From an uncultured bacterium (lineage in GTDB: Bacteria; Auribacterota; Erginobacteria; Erginobacterales; Erginobacteraceae), in assembly GCA_963822585.1 (NCBI GenBank), contig CAWGIE010000010.1:32001-96000 (forward strand): a DNA stretch of 64,000 nucleotides. Direction: 5' to 3'. The notes under the pieces are model-generated. The model had not been told where the DNA came from. It was given only the letters and a program-made list of their open reading frames with translations, and made no database searches. A program made the translations under genes and the position numbers. Shown here piece after piece: positions 10,361-19,104 of this stretch (position 1 is the stretch's first letter; every line of letters starts with the position of its first letter).

Positions 10361-11268
10361 CCCGCCTGAGCGCTATTTCCGCCCGCCCCGCCGCCCCGGC
10401 AACGATCGCGACCGAGTTGTCCCGGGCCCGGGAGTTCCTGGAAAAAGCCGGGGTCGAGCATCCCCGGCTGGACGCCGAGCATCTGCTCGCCCATTGCCTG
10501 GGGACGGAACGCGGACTCCTCTACCGGGACCCCGGCCGGGCACTTACCGGCTCCGAGAGCGAACGGTACCGGGAACTGCTGGAAGAACGTCTCGTCCGCC
10601 GTCCGCTGGCCTATATTCGGGGCTGGGCCGGGTTTTACAGCCTGGTCCTGAAGACGGACCCCCGGGCCCTGGTTCCGCGGCCGGAGACCGAGATCCTGAT
10701 CGAGCGGGCGCTCGAGGTGTTGCGGAGGACGGAATCCGCCTCCCCCGAGGTTCTTGACCTGGGCTGCGGGGGCGGGGCGATCGCATTGACGATGGCCTTC
10801 GAATCCCCCGGCGCCCGTGTCCGGGCGTCCGATATATCGGCGGCGGCCCTCGATCTTGCCCGCGAGAACGCGGCCGCCCTGGGACTCCTCGAGGCGGTCA
10901 CCTTCCGGCAGGGAGATCTTTTTTTCCCCTGGGAAGACTGCCGGGAGGCGGGGTTAGACCTGATCCTGGCCAACCCGCCCTATCTCAGCGACCGGGAGTG
11001 GGAGGAAGCGCCGCCCGAAGTCCGGCGGTACGAACCGCCGGAAGCGCTCCGGGGGGGACCGGACGGCCTGGCGGTGATCGGAAGAATCGTGCGGGAGATC
11101 CCCCGCTTTCTCAAGCCGGGTGGGAGTCTGCTTTTCGAGATCGGGGCCGGCCAGGGCACCGCGGCCCGCAAGCTCGTCGACGCGGTCGAAGGACTGGTTT
11201 TTTCCGCTGTTTTCCAGGATTATAGTGGGCATGATCGAGTTATCGCGGCCATAAAGAATAATGCCTGA
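10357..11268 (+). CDS. prmC: Release factor glutamine methyltransferase
   Basis: ALVPRPETE, LDLGCGGGAI, NPPY; ATG at 10357 overlaps prfA stop. Confidence 0.96.
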   Translation: MTRLSAISARPAAPATIATELSRAREFLEKAGVEHPRLDAEHLLAHCLGTERGLLYRDPGRALTGSESERYRELLEERLVRRPLAYIRGWAGFYSLVLKTDPRALVPRPETEILIERALEVLRRTESASPEVLDLGCGGGAIALTMAFESPGARVRASDISAAALDLARENAAALGLLEAVTFRQGDLFFPWEDCREAGLDLILANPPYLSDREWEEAPPEVRRYEPPEALRGGPDGLAVIGRIVREIPRFLKPGGSLLFEIGAGQGTAARKLVDAVEGLVFSAVFQDYSGHDRVIAAIKNNA

Positions 11269-11324
11269 AGTTATTTTTATTTTTCCTCCGGTTCCCCCGG
11301 AGGGAAAACCGGAGAAAAAATAAA

Positions 11325-12593
11325 ATGGATCAGATGGAAATAACCGGGGGGGCGAGGCTGGAAGGGGAGGTGACGATCAGCGGGGCCAAGAACGCGGCCC
11401 TCCCCATAATGGCCGCGGCCCTGCTGGCCCCGGGCCGGTCGGTTATTCACGGGGTCCCCCGCCTGCTCGACATCCATACCATGCTCCAGATCTTTCGTCA
11501 TCTCGGCGTCGAATGCGGATTCAGGGACGAAGATACCCTGGAGATCGACGCCACCGTCATCAAGGACTGCTCCGCGCCCTACGACCTGGTCAGGAAGATG
11601 CGGGCGTCGGTCCTGGTCCTGGGGGCGCTTTTGGGGCGGCTGGGCCGGGCCCGGGTCTCCATCCCCGGGGGGTGCGTGATCGGTTCCCGTCCGATCGATC
11701 TTCATCTGAAAGGACTGCAGGGGCTCTCGGCGCGAGTGGAGATCGAACACGGTTATATCAACGCCCACGCTCCCGAACTGGTCGGCGGGGAAATCTTTCT
11801 GGGGGGGCGGTTCGGCTCCAGCGTGGGGGCGACGATCAACCTCCTGCTGGCCGCGGTCCGCGCCCGCGGTCTGACCACCATCGTCGGGGCGGCCTGCGAG
11901 CCGGAGGTGGTCGATCTGATCCGGTTTCTCACCCGGATGGGGGCCCGGATTACGGGGGCGGGGAGCCCGCGGATCACCGTCGAGGGAGTGAAAGAGCTTT
12001 TACCCGCCGAACATACGGTCATCCCGGACCGGATCGAGGCGGGGACCTACCTGATCGCCGCCGGCCTGACCGGGGGGAAGATCAAGCTCCGCAACGCCCG
12101 CCCCGATCATCTCGATGCCGTTATCGAGATCCTGGGGGAGATCGGGATTGCGATCGTCCGGGACGGGGAAACGATCGGGGCCCGCTGCCCGGGAGGATTA
12201 ACCCCGGTTGACATCACGACGCTGCCCTATCCGGGTTTTCCGACCGATCTCCAGGCCCAGATGATGGCCCTCCTCTGCACGGTCCCCGGGATCAGCGTGA
12301 TCGTCGAGAAGGTATACCCGGAGAGGTTCATGCACGTTCCGGAACTGAACCGGTTGGGCGCCGGCATCGCGCTGGAGGGGAGCTCCGCCATCATCCGGGG
12401 AGGGCGCCGCCTTTCCGGCGCCCCCGTGATGGCTTCCGATCTGCGGGCCTCCGCCGCCCTCGTCCTGGCGGGGTTGGTGGCGGAAGGCAAGACGACCGTC
12501 CGCCGGGTTTATCACCTGGACCGGGGATATGAGCGAATGGAGGAGAAACTGAGCGCCCTGGGGGCGAAGATCAAGAGGGTGGAGATGGAGTGA
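11325..12593 (+). CDS. murA: UDP-N-acetylglucosamine 1-carboxyvinyltransferase
   Basis: SGAKNAALP, MRAS, PGGCVIGSRPIDLH, PGFPTDLQ, DLRA, HLDRGY. Confidence 0.98.
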   Translation: MDQMEITGGARLEGEVTISGAKNAALPIMAAALLAPGRSVIHGVPRLLDIHTMLQIFRHLGVECGFRDEDTLEIDATVIKDCSAPYDLVRKMRASVLVLGALLGRLGRARVSIPGGCVIGSRPIDLHLKGLQGLSARVEIEHGYINAHAPELVGGEIFLGGRFGSSVGATINLLLAAVRARGLTTIVGAACEPEVVDLIRFLTRMGARITGAGSPRITVEGVKELLPAEHTVIPDRIEAGTYLIAAGLTGGKIKLRNARPDHLDAVIEILGEIGIAIVRDGETIGARCPGGLTPVDITTLPYPGFPTDLQAQMMALLCTVPGISVIVEKVYPERFMHVPELNRLGAGIALEGSSAIIRGGRRLSGAPVMASDLRASAALVLAGLVAEGKTTVRRVYHLDRGYERMEEKLSALGAKIKRVEME

Positions 12594-12799
12594 TAGAATG
12601 ATGGAGCTAATGAAAGACAGAAAGCGAATTTCCAATAACCAATGACCAACTTCCAATGTACAAGTTAGTTGCCCGAAGTCGAATATTGGAAATTCGGCGG
12701 TTGGCGAGTTGGATATTGGACATTAACCCGATTTATTCATAAATCATGATAGTCTTTGTTCAAAACATAAATTCGCGACCGAATGGAGAGCTAATTTAT

Positions 12800-14122
12800 A
12801 TGTTCGATAGAATATCCGCGAAATTCCAGGCCGTCTTCAAGCAGGTCCGGGGTCAAGGCAAGCTGAGCGAGAAGAACATTGCCGATGCCCTCCGGGACGT
12901 CAAGCTGGCTCTCCTGGACGCCGACGTGAACTATCAGGTCGTGAAAGAAATCATGGCCCGGACCCGGCAGGACATCATGGGGGATACGGTCCTGCGGAGT
13001 CTGAAACCGGGCCAGCAGTTCATCAAGACCTTTCACGACCGCCTGGTGGAGTTCATGACCGATCCCGGCGCGGAACTGGTGCTCGCTCAAAAGCCCGCCG
13101 TCATCCTCCTGGCCGGCTTGCAGGGAGCCGGGAAAACGACCCTGGCGGCCAAGCTGGCTCTCTGGCTCCGGGAAAAGCGGCAGCTATCCTCTCTGCTGGT
13201 GGCCGCCGATCTCCAGCGGCCGGCGGCCCGCGAACAGCTGCGGACCCTCGGGGAGAGGGCCGGGGTGGAGACTTTCTCGGGCAAGGGAAATTCCCCTTTG
13301 AAAATAATCGGTGATGCGATAAAGTATGCTCGCTCCGCTTCCCTCGGATGCGTGATCGTTGATACCGCCGGGCGTCTTCACATCGACGGACCGATGATGG
13401 AGGAGGTCCGGAAGATAAAAGAAAAGTATCCGCCGGATGAGACCCTGCTGGTGCTGGACGCGATGACCGGGCAGGACGCGGTCACGGTGGCGGCGGATTT
13501 CAACCGGCAGGTGGGCATCAGCGGGGCCGTCCTCACCAAGCTCGACGGGGACGCGCGGGGCGGAGCGGCGATATCATTCCGGGCGGTGACCCGGCGGCCG
13601 ATCAAAATGATCGGTGTGGGAGAGAAGCTCGAGGACCTTCAGGCTTTCGACGCCGGGAGAATCGTTTCCCGGATACTGGGGATGGGGGATATCGTCAGCC
13701 TGGCCGAAAAAGCCGAGGCCGCTCTCGATGAGGAAGAGGCCCGCCGGTGGGAGAAGAAGTGGAAGAAGTCCACGATTGATCTGGAAGATTTCCGGCGTCA
13801 GCTCGGGCAGTTGAAGAAGGTCGGCTCCTGGGACTCCATCGTCGGGATGCTTCCCGCCGGGGTTCCGGCCATGGATGACGGGCCGGTCCGGATCAAAAAG
13901 ATGGAAGCCATCCTCGACTCGATGAGCCCGCGGGAGCGCGCTGATCCGGGGATTATCAACGGAAGCCGCCGGGCGAGGATAGCCCGGGGCAGCGGGACCG
14001 GCATCCAGGATGTGAACCAGTTATTGAAGCAATTCAGGTTGATGAAAAAAATGATGGGAAAAGCGGGGGGATTAGGGAAAAAGAACTTAGCCCTACCTTC
14101 GTTCGGGCAACGCTCGGTTTAA
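12800..14122 (+). CDS. ffh: Signal recognition particle protein
   Basis: GLQGAGKTT, DTAGR, TKLDGDARGG, C-terminal M domain (SRRARIARGSG); start taken at MFDRIS. Confidence 0.97.
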   Translation: MFDRISAKFQAVFKQVRGQGKLSEKNIADALRDVKLALLDADVNYQVVKEIMARTRQDIMGDTVLRSLKPGQQFIKTFHDRLVEFMTDPGAELVLAQKPAVILLAGLQGAGKTTLAAKLALWLREKRQLSSLLVAADLQRPAAREQLRTLGERAGVETFSGKGNSPLKIIGDAIKYARSASLGCVIVDTAGRLHIDGPMMEEVRKIKEKYPPDETLLVLDAMTGQDAVTVAADFNRQVGISGAVLTKLDGDARGGAAISFRAVTRRPIKMIGVGEKLEDLQAFDAGRIVSRILGMGDIVSLAEKAEAALDEEEARRWEKKWKKSTIDLEDFRRQLGQLKKVGSWDSIVGMLPAGVPAMDDGPVRIKKMEAILDSMSPRERADPGIINGSRRARIARGSGTGIQDVNQLLKQFRLMKKMMGKAGGLGKKNLALPSFGQRSV

Positions 14123-14288
14123 AAGGGTGGGCAGCTGGAATCGGTTGCGTGGGAGGGAAGTCCCGGTGAAACCGGGATTTAACGATTCGAGCAGCGTCCT
14201 TCGATCCCGAAAGATCGCAGGATCTGCGGGACAACCAATCAACGATACCCAGGAACGTCAGATTAATTATTGTGCGCCAGAGGCGCAT

Positions 14289-14326
14289 CCCGATGGCTAT
14301 CGGGGAAATTCCGAAGCAGGAACTTA
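14289..14326 (+). repeat. 38-bp dispersed element; inverted near-identical copy at 29699-29736
   Basis: cccgatggctatcggggaaattccgaagcaggaactta matches the reverse complement of taagttcctgcttcggaatttactcgatagccatcggg with 2 mismatches. Confidence 0.8.
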
Positions 14327-14343
14327 TCGACAGGAGGTGTCAA

Positions 14344-14583
14344 TTGGCCGTTGTGATAAGATTAAGGAGGGAAGGGGGGAAGAAAGAGGCTCATTACCGT
14401 ATCGTGGTCACCGATTCTCGCTCTCCCCGGGACGGGCGTTTTATCGAAAATATCGGTTATTACGATCCCGCCGACGGTCAGGAAGCGGCGGTGGTGGAGA
14501 GAGACCGCGCGCGGTACTGGCTTGATCAGGGCGCGAAACCATCCGATACCGTGGGCGACATATTTAAAAGGTTGCAAATTTAA
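14344..14583 (+). CDS. rpsP: 30S ribosomal protein S16
   Basis: TTG start after AGGAGG; VVIRLRR, YRIVVTDSRSPRDGRFIENIGYYDP, YWLDQGAKPSDTV. Confidence 0.96.
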   Translation: MAVVIRLRREGGKKEAHYRIVVTDSRSPRDGRFIENIGYYDPADGQEAAVVERDRARYWLDQGAKPSDTVGDIFKRLQI

Positions 14584-14665
14584 ACGACAGATGATTGAAT
14601 AGGGACCGGTTCAGTAATGCTGGCCGGGAATGAGCACGCCGATCCATCGTCAGGAGGTAAACGGC

Positions 14666-14944
14666 ATGAAGGAGTTGATCGAGTATATCGTGAAATCGAT
14701 TGTTGATTTTCCGGAGAGCGTTGATGTGACTCAGATTGACGGGGAGAGCACGATCGTCTTCGAGCTCCGTGTCCGGCAGGATGACGTGGGTAAGGTGATC
14801 GGGAAGAAAGGGCGGACCATCAATGCCATCCGAACGCTGGTCAACGCCACCGCCGCCAAGTCAAGTATGCGCGCCATGCTGGAGATCGTGGAGGAGGACA
14901 AGCAGCCCTCTCCGCCCGCGGAGGAGTATTCTCGGGAGGAGTAG
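14666..14944 (+). CDS. khpA: KH domain RNA-binding protein (KhpA/YlqC family)
   Basis: MKELIEYIVKSIVD...DVGKVIGKKGRTINAIRT; AGGAGG RBS; typical position after rpsP. Confidence 0.92.
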   Translation: MKELIEYIVKSIVDFPESVDVTQIDGESTIVFELRVRQDDVGKVIGKKGRTINAIRTLVNATAAKSSMRAMLEIVEEDKQPSPPAEEYSREE

Positions 14945-14997
14945 CCGCCGTGGCCCGGTCTCGGCAACGGGACATTTTTTTTAACGGCATGTTGATG

Positions 14998-15038
14998 AAA
15001 CCCGGCTGGCGGTCTGTTCGGCCGCCGGCCGGGTTTTT
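14998..15038 (+). terminator. GC-rich hairpin with T tract between khpA and trmD
   Basis: aaacccggctggcggtc-tgttc-ggccgccggccgggttttt; a second weaker hairpin with T8 lies at about 14951-14982. Confidence 0.5.
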
Positions 15039-15133
15039 ATGCGCCGCCGGCTCCGCCGTCGCCCGTGGACGATGAAGGCGCCCCTAAATGAGGCGCCGCG
15101 GGATGACCAGGGAGCTCCAGGGAGAAGGCTTCC

Positions 15134-15877
15134 GTGCAGATCGATATTATCACCCTCTTCCCGGGGGTATTTACCGAGTACCTGAATGAGAGCATCATCA
15201 AGCGCGCCCGGGAGAAGGGGGTGGTCCGGGTCCGGGCAATTAACCTGCGTGAGTACACCCACGACAGCCACCGGACGGTGGACGATCGCCCTTACGGGGG
15301 CGGGGCGGGGATGGTCCTGAAGGCTCCGCCCCTTTTCGAGGCGGTGGAGGATCTTTCCAGCCCCGGCTGCCGCGTCCTTCTGCTCTCGCCCCGGGGGATG
15401 CTTTTCGACCAGAAGAAAGCCCGGGCACTGAGCGGGGAGAAACACCTGATATTAATCTGTGGAAGGTATGAGGGGGTTGACGAGCGGGTGAGCGGGAGCC
15501 TGGTGGATGAAGAGATATCCATCGGGGATTACGTTCTGACCGGGGGGGAATTGCCGGCGATGGTAGTGATGGACAGCGTCATTCGTCTGGTCCCCGGAGT
15601 CCTGGGAGACCCCGGCTCGGCGATCGACGAATCGTTTTCAGAGGGCCGGCTCGAGTATCCCCAGTATACCCGGCCGGAGGAATACCGGGGGATGGCGGTC
15701 CCCCCGCTGTTGCTTGCCGGAGACCACGGGGAAGTGGCCCGGTGGCGTGAGAAACAGGCCTTTCTGATGACCTGTCGCCGCCGGCCCGACCTTCTCCAAA
15801 AGTGGCCGCCGACCGAACAGGAAAATATCTGGCTGCAAGAGGCAGAAAACGAAGGATTAAAAGATGAATGTAATTGA
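15134..15877 (+). CDS. trmD: tRNA (guanine37-N1)-methyltransferase
   Basis: IITLFP, VDDRPYGGGAGMV, CGRYEGVDER, SIGDYVLTGGE, YPQYTRP. Confidence 0.98.
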   Translation: MQIDIITLFPGVFTEYLNESIIKRAREKGVVRVRAINLREYTHDSHRTVDDRPYGGGAGMVLKAPPLFEAVEDLSSPGCRVLLLSPRGMLFDQKKARALSGEKHLILICGRYEGVDERVSGSLVDEEISIGDYVLTGGELPAMVVMDSVIRLVPGVLGDPGSAIDESFSEGRLEYPQYTRPEEYRGMAVPPLLLAGDHGEVARWREKQAFLMTCRRRPDLLQKWPPTEQENIWLQEAENEGLKDECN

Positions 15878-16256
15878 ACGTTTAGAGAAGGAACAGCTCA
15901 AGCAGGATTTACCCGAATTCCGGATCGGAGACACGATCAGTGTCCACGCCAAGATTATCGAGGATGACCGGGAACGGATCCAGGTCTTCACCGGTGTCTG
16001 CATCGCCCGCAAGGGATCGGGGATCAGGGAATCGGTCACCCTCCGGCGGGTGACCTATGGGCTGGCGGTCGAGAGAGTATTTCTCCTTCACTCGCCCCGT
16101 ATCGCCCGCATCGAGATCGGACGCGGCGGCGCGGTGCGCCGGGCCAAGCTGTATTACCTGCGGGAGAAAAAAGGCAAAAAGGCCCGTCTCAAGGAACGGA
16201 AATCGGCCCCCGTTCAGAGTCAAGCGGAGGAACCGGCAGCGCCCTCCGAAGACTAG
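15864..16256 (+). CDS. rplS: 50S ribosomal protein L19
   Basis: PEFRIGDTI, ERIQVFTGVCI, VERVFLLHSP, VRRAKLYYLR. Confidence 0.97.
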   Translation: MNVIERLEKEQLKQDLPEFRIGDTISVHAKIIEDDRERIQVFTGVCIARKGSGIRESVTLRRVTYGLAVERVFLLHSPRIARIEIGRGGAVRRAKLYYLREKKGKKARLKERKSAPVQSQAEEPAAPSED

Positions 16257-16271
16257 GAGCATTGCCGGGTC

Positions 16272-16904
16272 ATGGCTCCTGAATTTATCGTCCCCTCCCG
16301 GATGCTTTTCTGGGAGGAAAAGTTCGCGAGCGAAGGCACTGGCCGGATCGCCGGTCTGGATGAGGCCGGGCGGGGTCCTCTGGCCGGGCCGGTGGTCGCC
16401 GCCGCCGTTATTCTTCCCTTCCGCCGGAGCCACCCCGTGCCCATCAAGGATTCCAAGAAACTTTCTCCCGCCCGGCGTGAGGAGTCTTTCCGTTATCTGC
16501 GGTCGCTCGCCGGGGCCGTGATCGGCGTCGGGGTTGTCGATCAGGCCGAGATCGACCGGATCAATATCCTGGAAGCGACCCGGAAAGCGATGCGCTCGGC
16601 GGCGGCCCTCGTTCCGCAGGCCACCAGCCTTCTCATCGACGGACTTTCCCTGCCCGGTTACCCGCTCCGCCAGCACCTGCTCATCCGGGGTGAAGAGGCC
16701 AGTGTTTCCATCGCGGCCGCGTCCATTATCGCCAAGGTGACCCGTGACCGGATCATGCGTGAATACGATCGAAAGTATCCCGGCTACGGTTTCGTCCGTC
16801 ATAAGGGGTACGGAACCCGGGAGCACCTGGCGATGCTCGATAAGCATGGTCCCTGCCCCATCCACCGCCTCACCTTCCGCCCCGTCCGCGACCGCCTCCG
16901 CTAA
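16272..16904 (+). CDS. rnhB: Ribonuclease HII
   Basis: AGLDEAGRGPLAGPV, DSKKLS, SIAAASIIAKVTRD, HKGYGT. Confidence 0.97.
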   Translation: MAPEFIVPSRMLFWEEKFASEGTGRIAGLDEAGRGPLAGPVVAAAVILPFRRSHPVPIKDSKKLSPARREESFRYLRSLAGAVIGVGVVDQAEIDRINILEATRKAMRSAAALVPQATSLLIDGLSLPGYPLRQHLLIRGEEASVSIAAASIIAKVTRDRIMREYDRKYPGYGFVRHKGYGTREHLAMLDKHGPCPIHRLTFRPVRDRLR

Positions 16905-17246
16905 CCCCCCGCCGCGCCCCATAAATAAAACTACGAATTACGCGAATTACGCGAATTGATCATTATATGTTAAGTCCGAGCGTATTTCGTTCGACGTTCG
17001 AAGTTGAGCGTTTTTAACCCGAGATGACCGGAGGTCATTTTTCGGGTCGATGTTCGAAGTTCAGTTTTTCATTCCCCCGCCGCCCCCCATAAATAAAACT
17101 ACGAATTACGCGAATTGATCATTATATGTTAAGTCCGAGCGTATTTCGTTCGACGTTCGAAGTTGAGCGTTTTTAACCCGAGATGACCGGAGGTCATTTT
17201 TCGGGTCGACGTTCGATGTTCGGTTTTTTATCCCCCGCCGCCCCCC
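16905..17246 (+). repeat. Tandem duplication of a ~160-170-bp non-coding unit
   Basis: Two near-identical copies (about 16905-17073 and 17074-17231), each starting cccc(c)gccgc..ccccataaataaaactacgaattacg and containing hairpin aacccgagatgaccggaggtcatttttcgggt. Confidence 0.9.
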
Positions 17247-17346
17247 TTTTTTTAGCCGCAAAAAGGCGCAAAAGACGCAAAAGGTTGAAAATTGAACGTT
17301 CGACGTTGGAAGTTGGAAGTTGAACGTTCATCCACCCCAGCGATCA

Positions 17347-17400
17347 CCTCTCCCCTCGGGGGAGAGGTCGGCCGTTCAGAATGAACGGCCGGGTGAGGGG
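17347..17400 (+). repeat. REP-like double-hairpin element, copy 1
   Basis: cctctcccctcgggggagagg-tcggccgttcagaatgaacggccgg-gtgagggg; also at 35535-35590 and 37509-37564. Confidence 0.85.
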
Positions 17401-17465
17401 GTCTCGTTGAAAGTTGGAAGTTGAACGTTAAACGTTGAACGTTCAGCATCCTTATCCCTTAACCC

Positions 17466-18845
17466 TTATCCCTTACCCCTGCTTTTCCGGCGCAGGGCGC
17501 GCAGACAGTCGCGGACGCTTTCTTCATAGGTAGGATGGTAAAAAGGCAGCCTGAGAGCGTCTTCGACCGTCATCCGGGCCTGAATCAGGACCGCGATCAG
17601 GTGAGCCAGGTGTTCGCCCGCCGGCGCGGCCATCTCGGCGCCGATGATCCGACCGTCGGCGCCGTCGGCGTACATGCGCAGGATGCCGTCGGAAGCTTCG
17701 TCGACGATTCTTCTCCCGCTGTTTTCAAAACCGGTTCCGGCGACCACGGCTCCTTGATCCAGTTCGTCGAACCGTCTTCCCACGCTGCACAAACAGGGAC
17801 GGGTAAAAGTTATTGCCAGGGGGACCCGCGCCGGCAGCGGTCGGAGGTGATCGGGATCGGCGGCGTTCTCGCCCGCGCAGCGGCCCTGGTCGACCGCGTC
17901 CTGGTAGAAGGGCCGGATCAGGGAGCAATCGCCGGCGAGAAAAACGTTCCGGTCACCGCATTTCAGGGTCTGCCGGTTCAGGAGCGGGAAGCCGCGTTCG
18001 TTCAGGGAGAGTCCGCTTTTCTCCAGGCGCAGCCGCGCGAAGTCCGGCTTTCTCCCCGCGGCGACCACGGCCAGCTCGAAAGTCCGGAATTCCTTTTTCC
18101 CCTCCCTGTCCGAAAAACCGACCGTGACCCCGCCATCGCCGGCCTTTTCCAGCACCGCCGTTGCTCCCCGGCGCAGATCGATCGATTTTTCCAATACCGA
18201 CGCAAATACGCTCCTCACCTCCGGGTCCCCGATCCCGGCGATGTTTTCGGTCATCTCGACCGCGGTCACCGATCTCCCCAGGCGACTCAGCGCCTGTCCG
18301 ATCTCGACCCCGACGAACCCGAGGCCGATCACCAGGACGGTTTCGGGGATGGTCTCGAGTTCGAAGAGTTGATCGGTGGTGACGATTGTTTGCCCGGCCG
18401 TCCGCCAGCCGGGGGGGAGTGCCGGCGTGGTCCCGCAGGCAATGACGATCGCCCGGCAATGGAAAAGAGATCCGTCCGCCTCCAGTTTCATGGGGCCGGC
18501 GAAAGAGACGTCGGAAGGGATCAGCCGCTCGCGGAAACGGTTCTGCAGGCGATTTCTCACCTCATCCGCCAGCATGTCCCGGCGTTTCCGCAGCGAGCGC
18601 ATCATCTCGGCGTCATCTACTCGGATGTTCTCGCCGGCGATCTCCGGGGAGCGGGCGGCGACGGCATTATCGGCGGAATGGATGAGCATCTTGGAGGGCA
18701 TGCAGCCGACCCGGGCGCAGGTCGTCCCCAGCTCTCCGCCGTCGAAGATGAGAACGTTATCCGTCTTCCGCAGAGCCCGGCTCAGGGCGTACATCCCGGC
18801 GGTACCGGCCCCGATAATCGCCACGTCGATTTCCCGCATCTTCAT
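17466..18845 (-). CDS. Dihydrolipoamide dehydrogenase-like pyridine nucleotide-disulfide oxidoreductase
   Basis: IIGAGTAG, redox-active CARVGC, VIGLGFVGVE, FYHPTYEE. Confidence 0.9.
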   Translation of the reverse strand: MKMREIDVAIIGAGTAGMYALSRALRKTDNVLIFDGGELGTTCARVGCMPSKMLIHSADNAVAARSPEIAGENIRVDDAEMMRSLRKRRDMLADEVRNRLQNRFRERLIPSDVSFAGPMKLEADGSLFHCRAIVIACGTTPALPPGWRTAGQTIVTTDQLFELETIPETVLVIGLGFVGVEIGQALSRLGRSVTAVEMTENIAGIGDPEVRSVFASVLEKSIDLRRGATAVLEKAGDGGVTVGFSDREGKKEFRTFELAVVAAGRKPDFARLRLEKSGLSLNERGFPLLNRQTLKCGDRNVFLAGDCSLIRPFYQDAVDQGRCAGENAADPDHLRPLPARVPLAITFTRPCLCSVGRRFDELDQGAVVAGTGFENSGRRIVDEASDGILRMYADGADGRIIGAEMAAPAGEHLAHLIAVLIQARMTVEDALRLPFYHPTYEESVRDCLRALRRKSRGKG

Positions 18846-19104
18846 GCCGGCTTGCTCTTGATAATCTCTTTGAAGAATCCGTGTAATTAATGCCTACTCG
18901 AAAAAGTATTTTGATGATCGTATCTAAAACAATGGAAGAAATTTACCACGAAGGTCACGAAGTACACGAAGAATAGTTAAGAAAAAGAAATATCATACAC
19001 TTCTTTTAGAAAAATCTTCGTGTCCTTCGTGTCCTTCGTGGTTTGAATCGATTTTTTTCAATGGGTGATCTAATCAGTGGATGAAAAAGGAGGTAAGGGC
19101 GGCA

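Noticed and set aside
14123..14343. SRP RNA (ffs) next to ffh
   Set aside because: The conserved domain IV CAGG...GGAA...GCAGC arrangement was not found
14990..15045. Hammerhead ribozyme (TGATGA followed by a stem)
   Set aside because: No CTGATGA, and no GAAA after the stem
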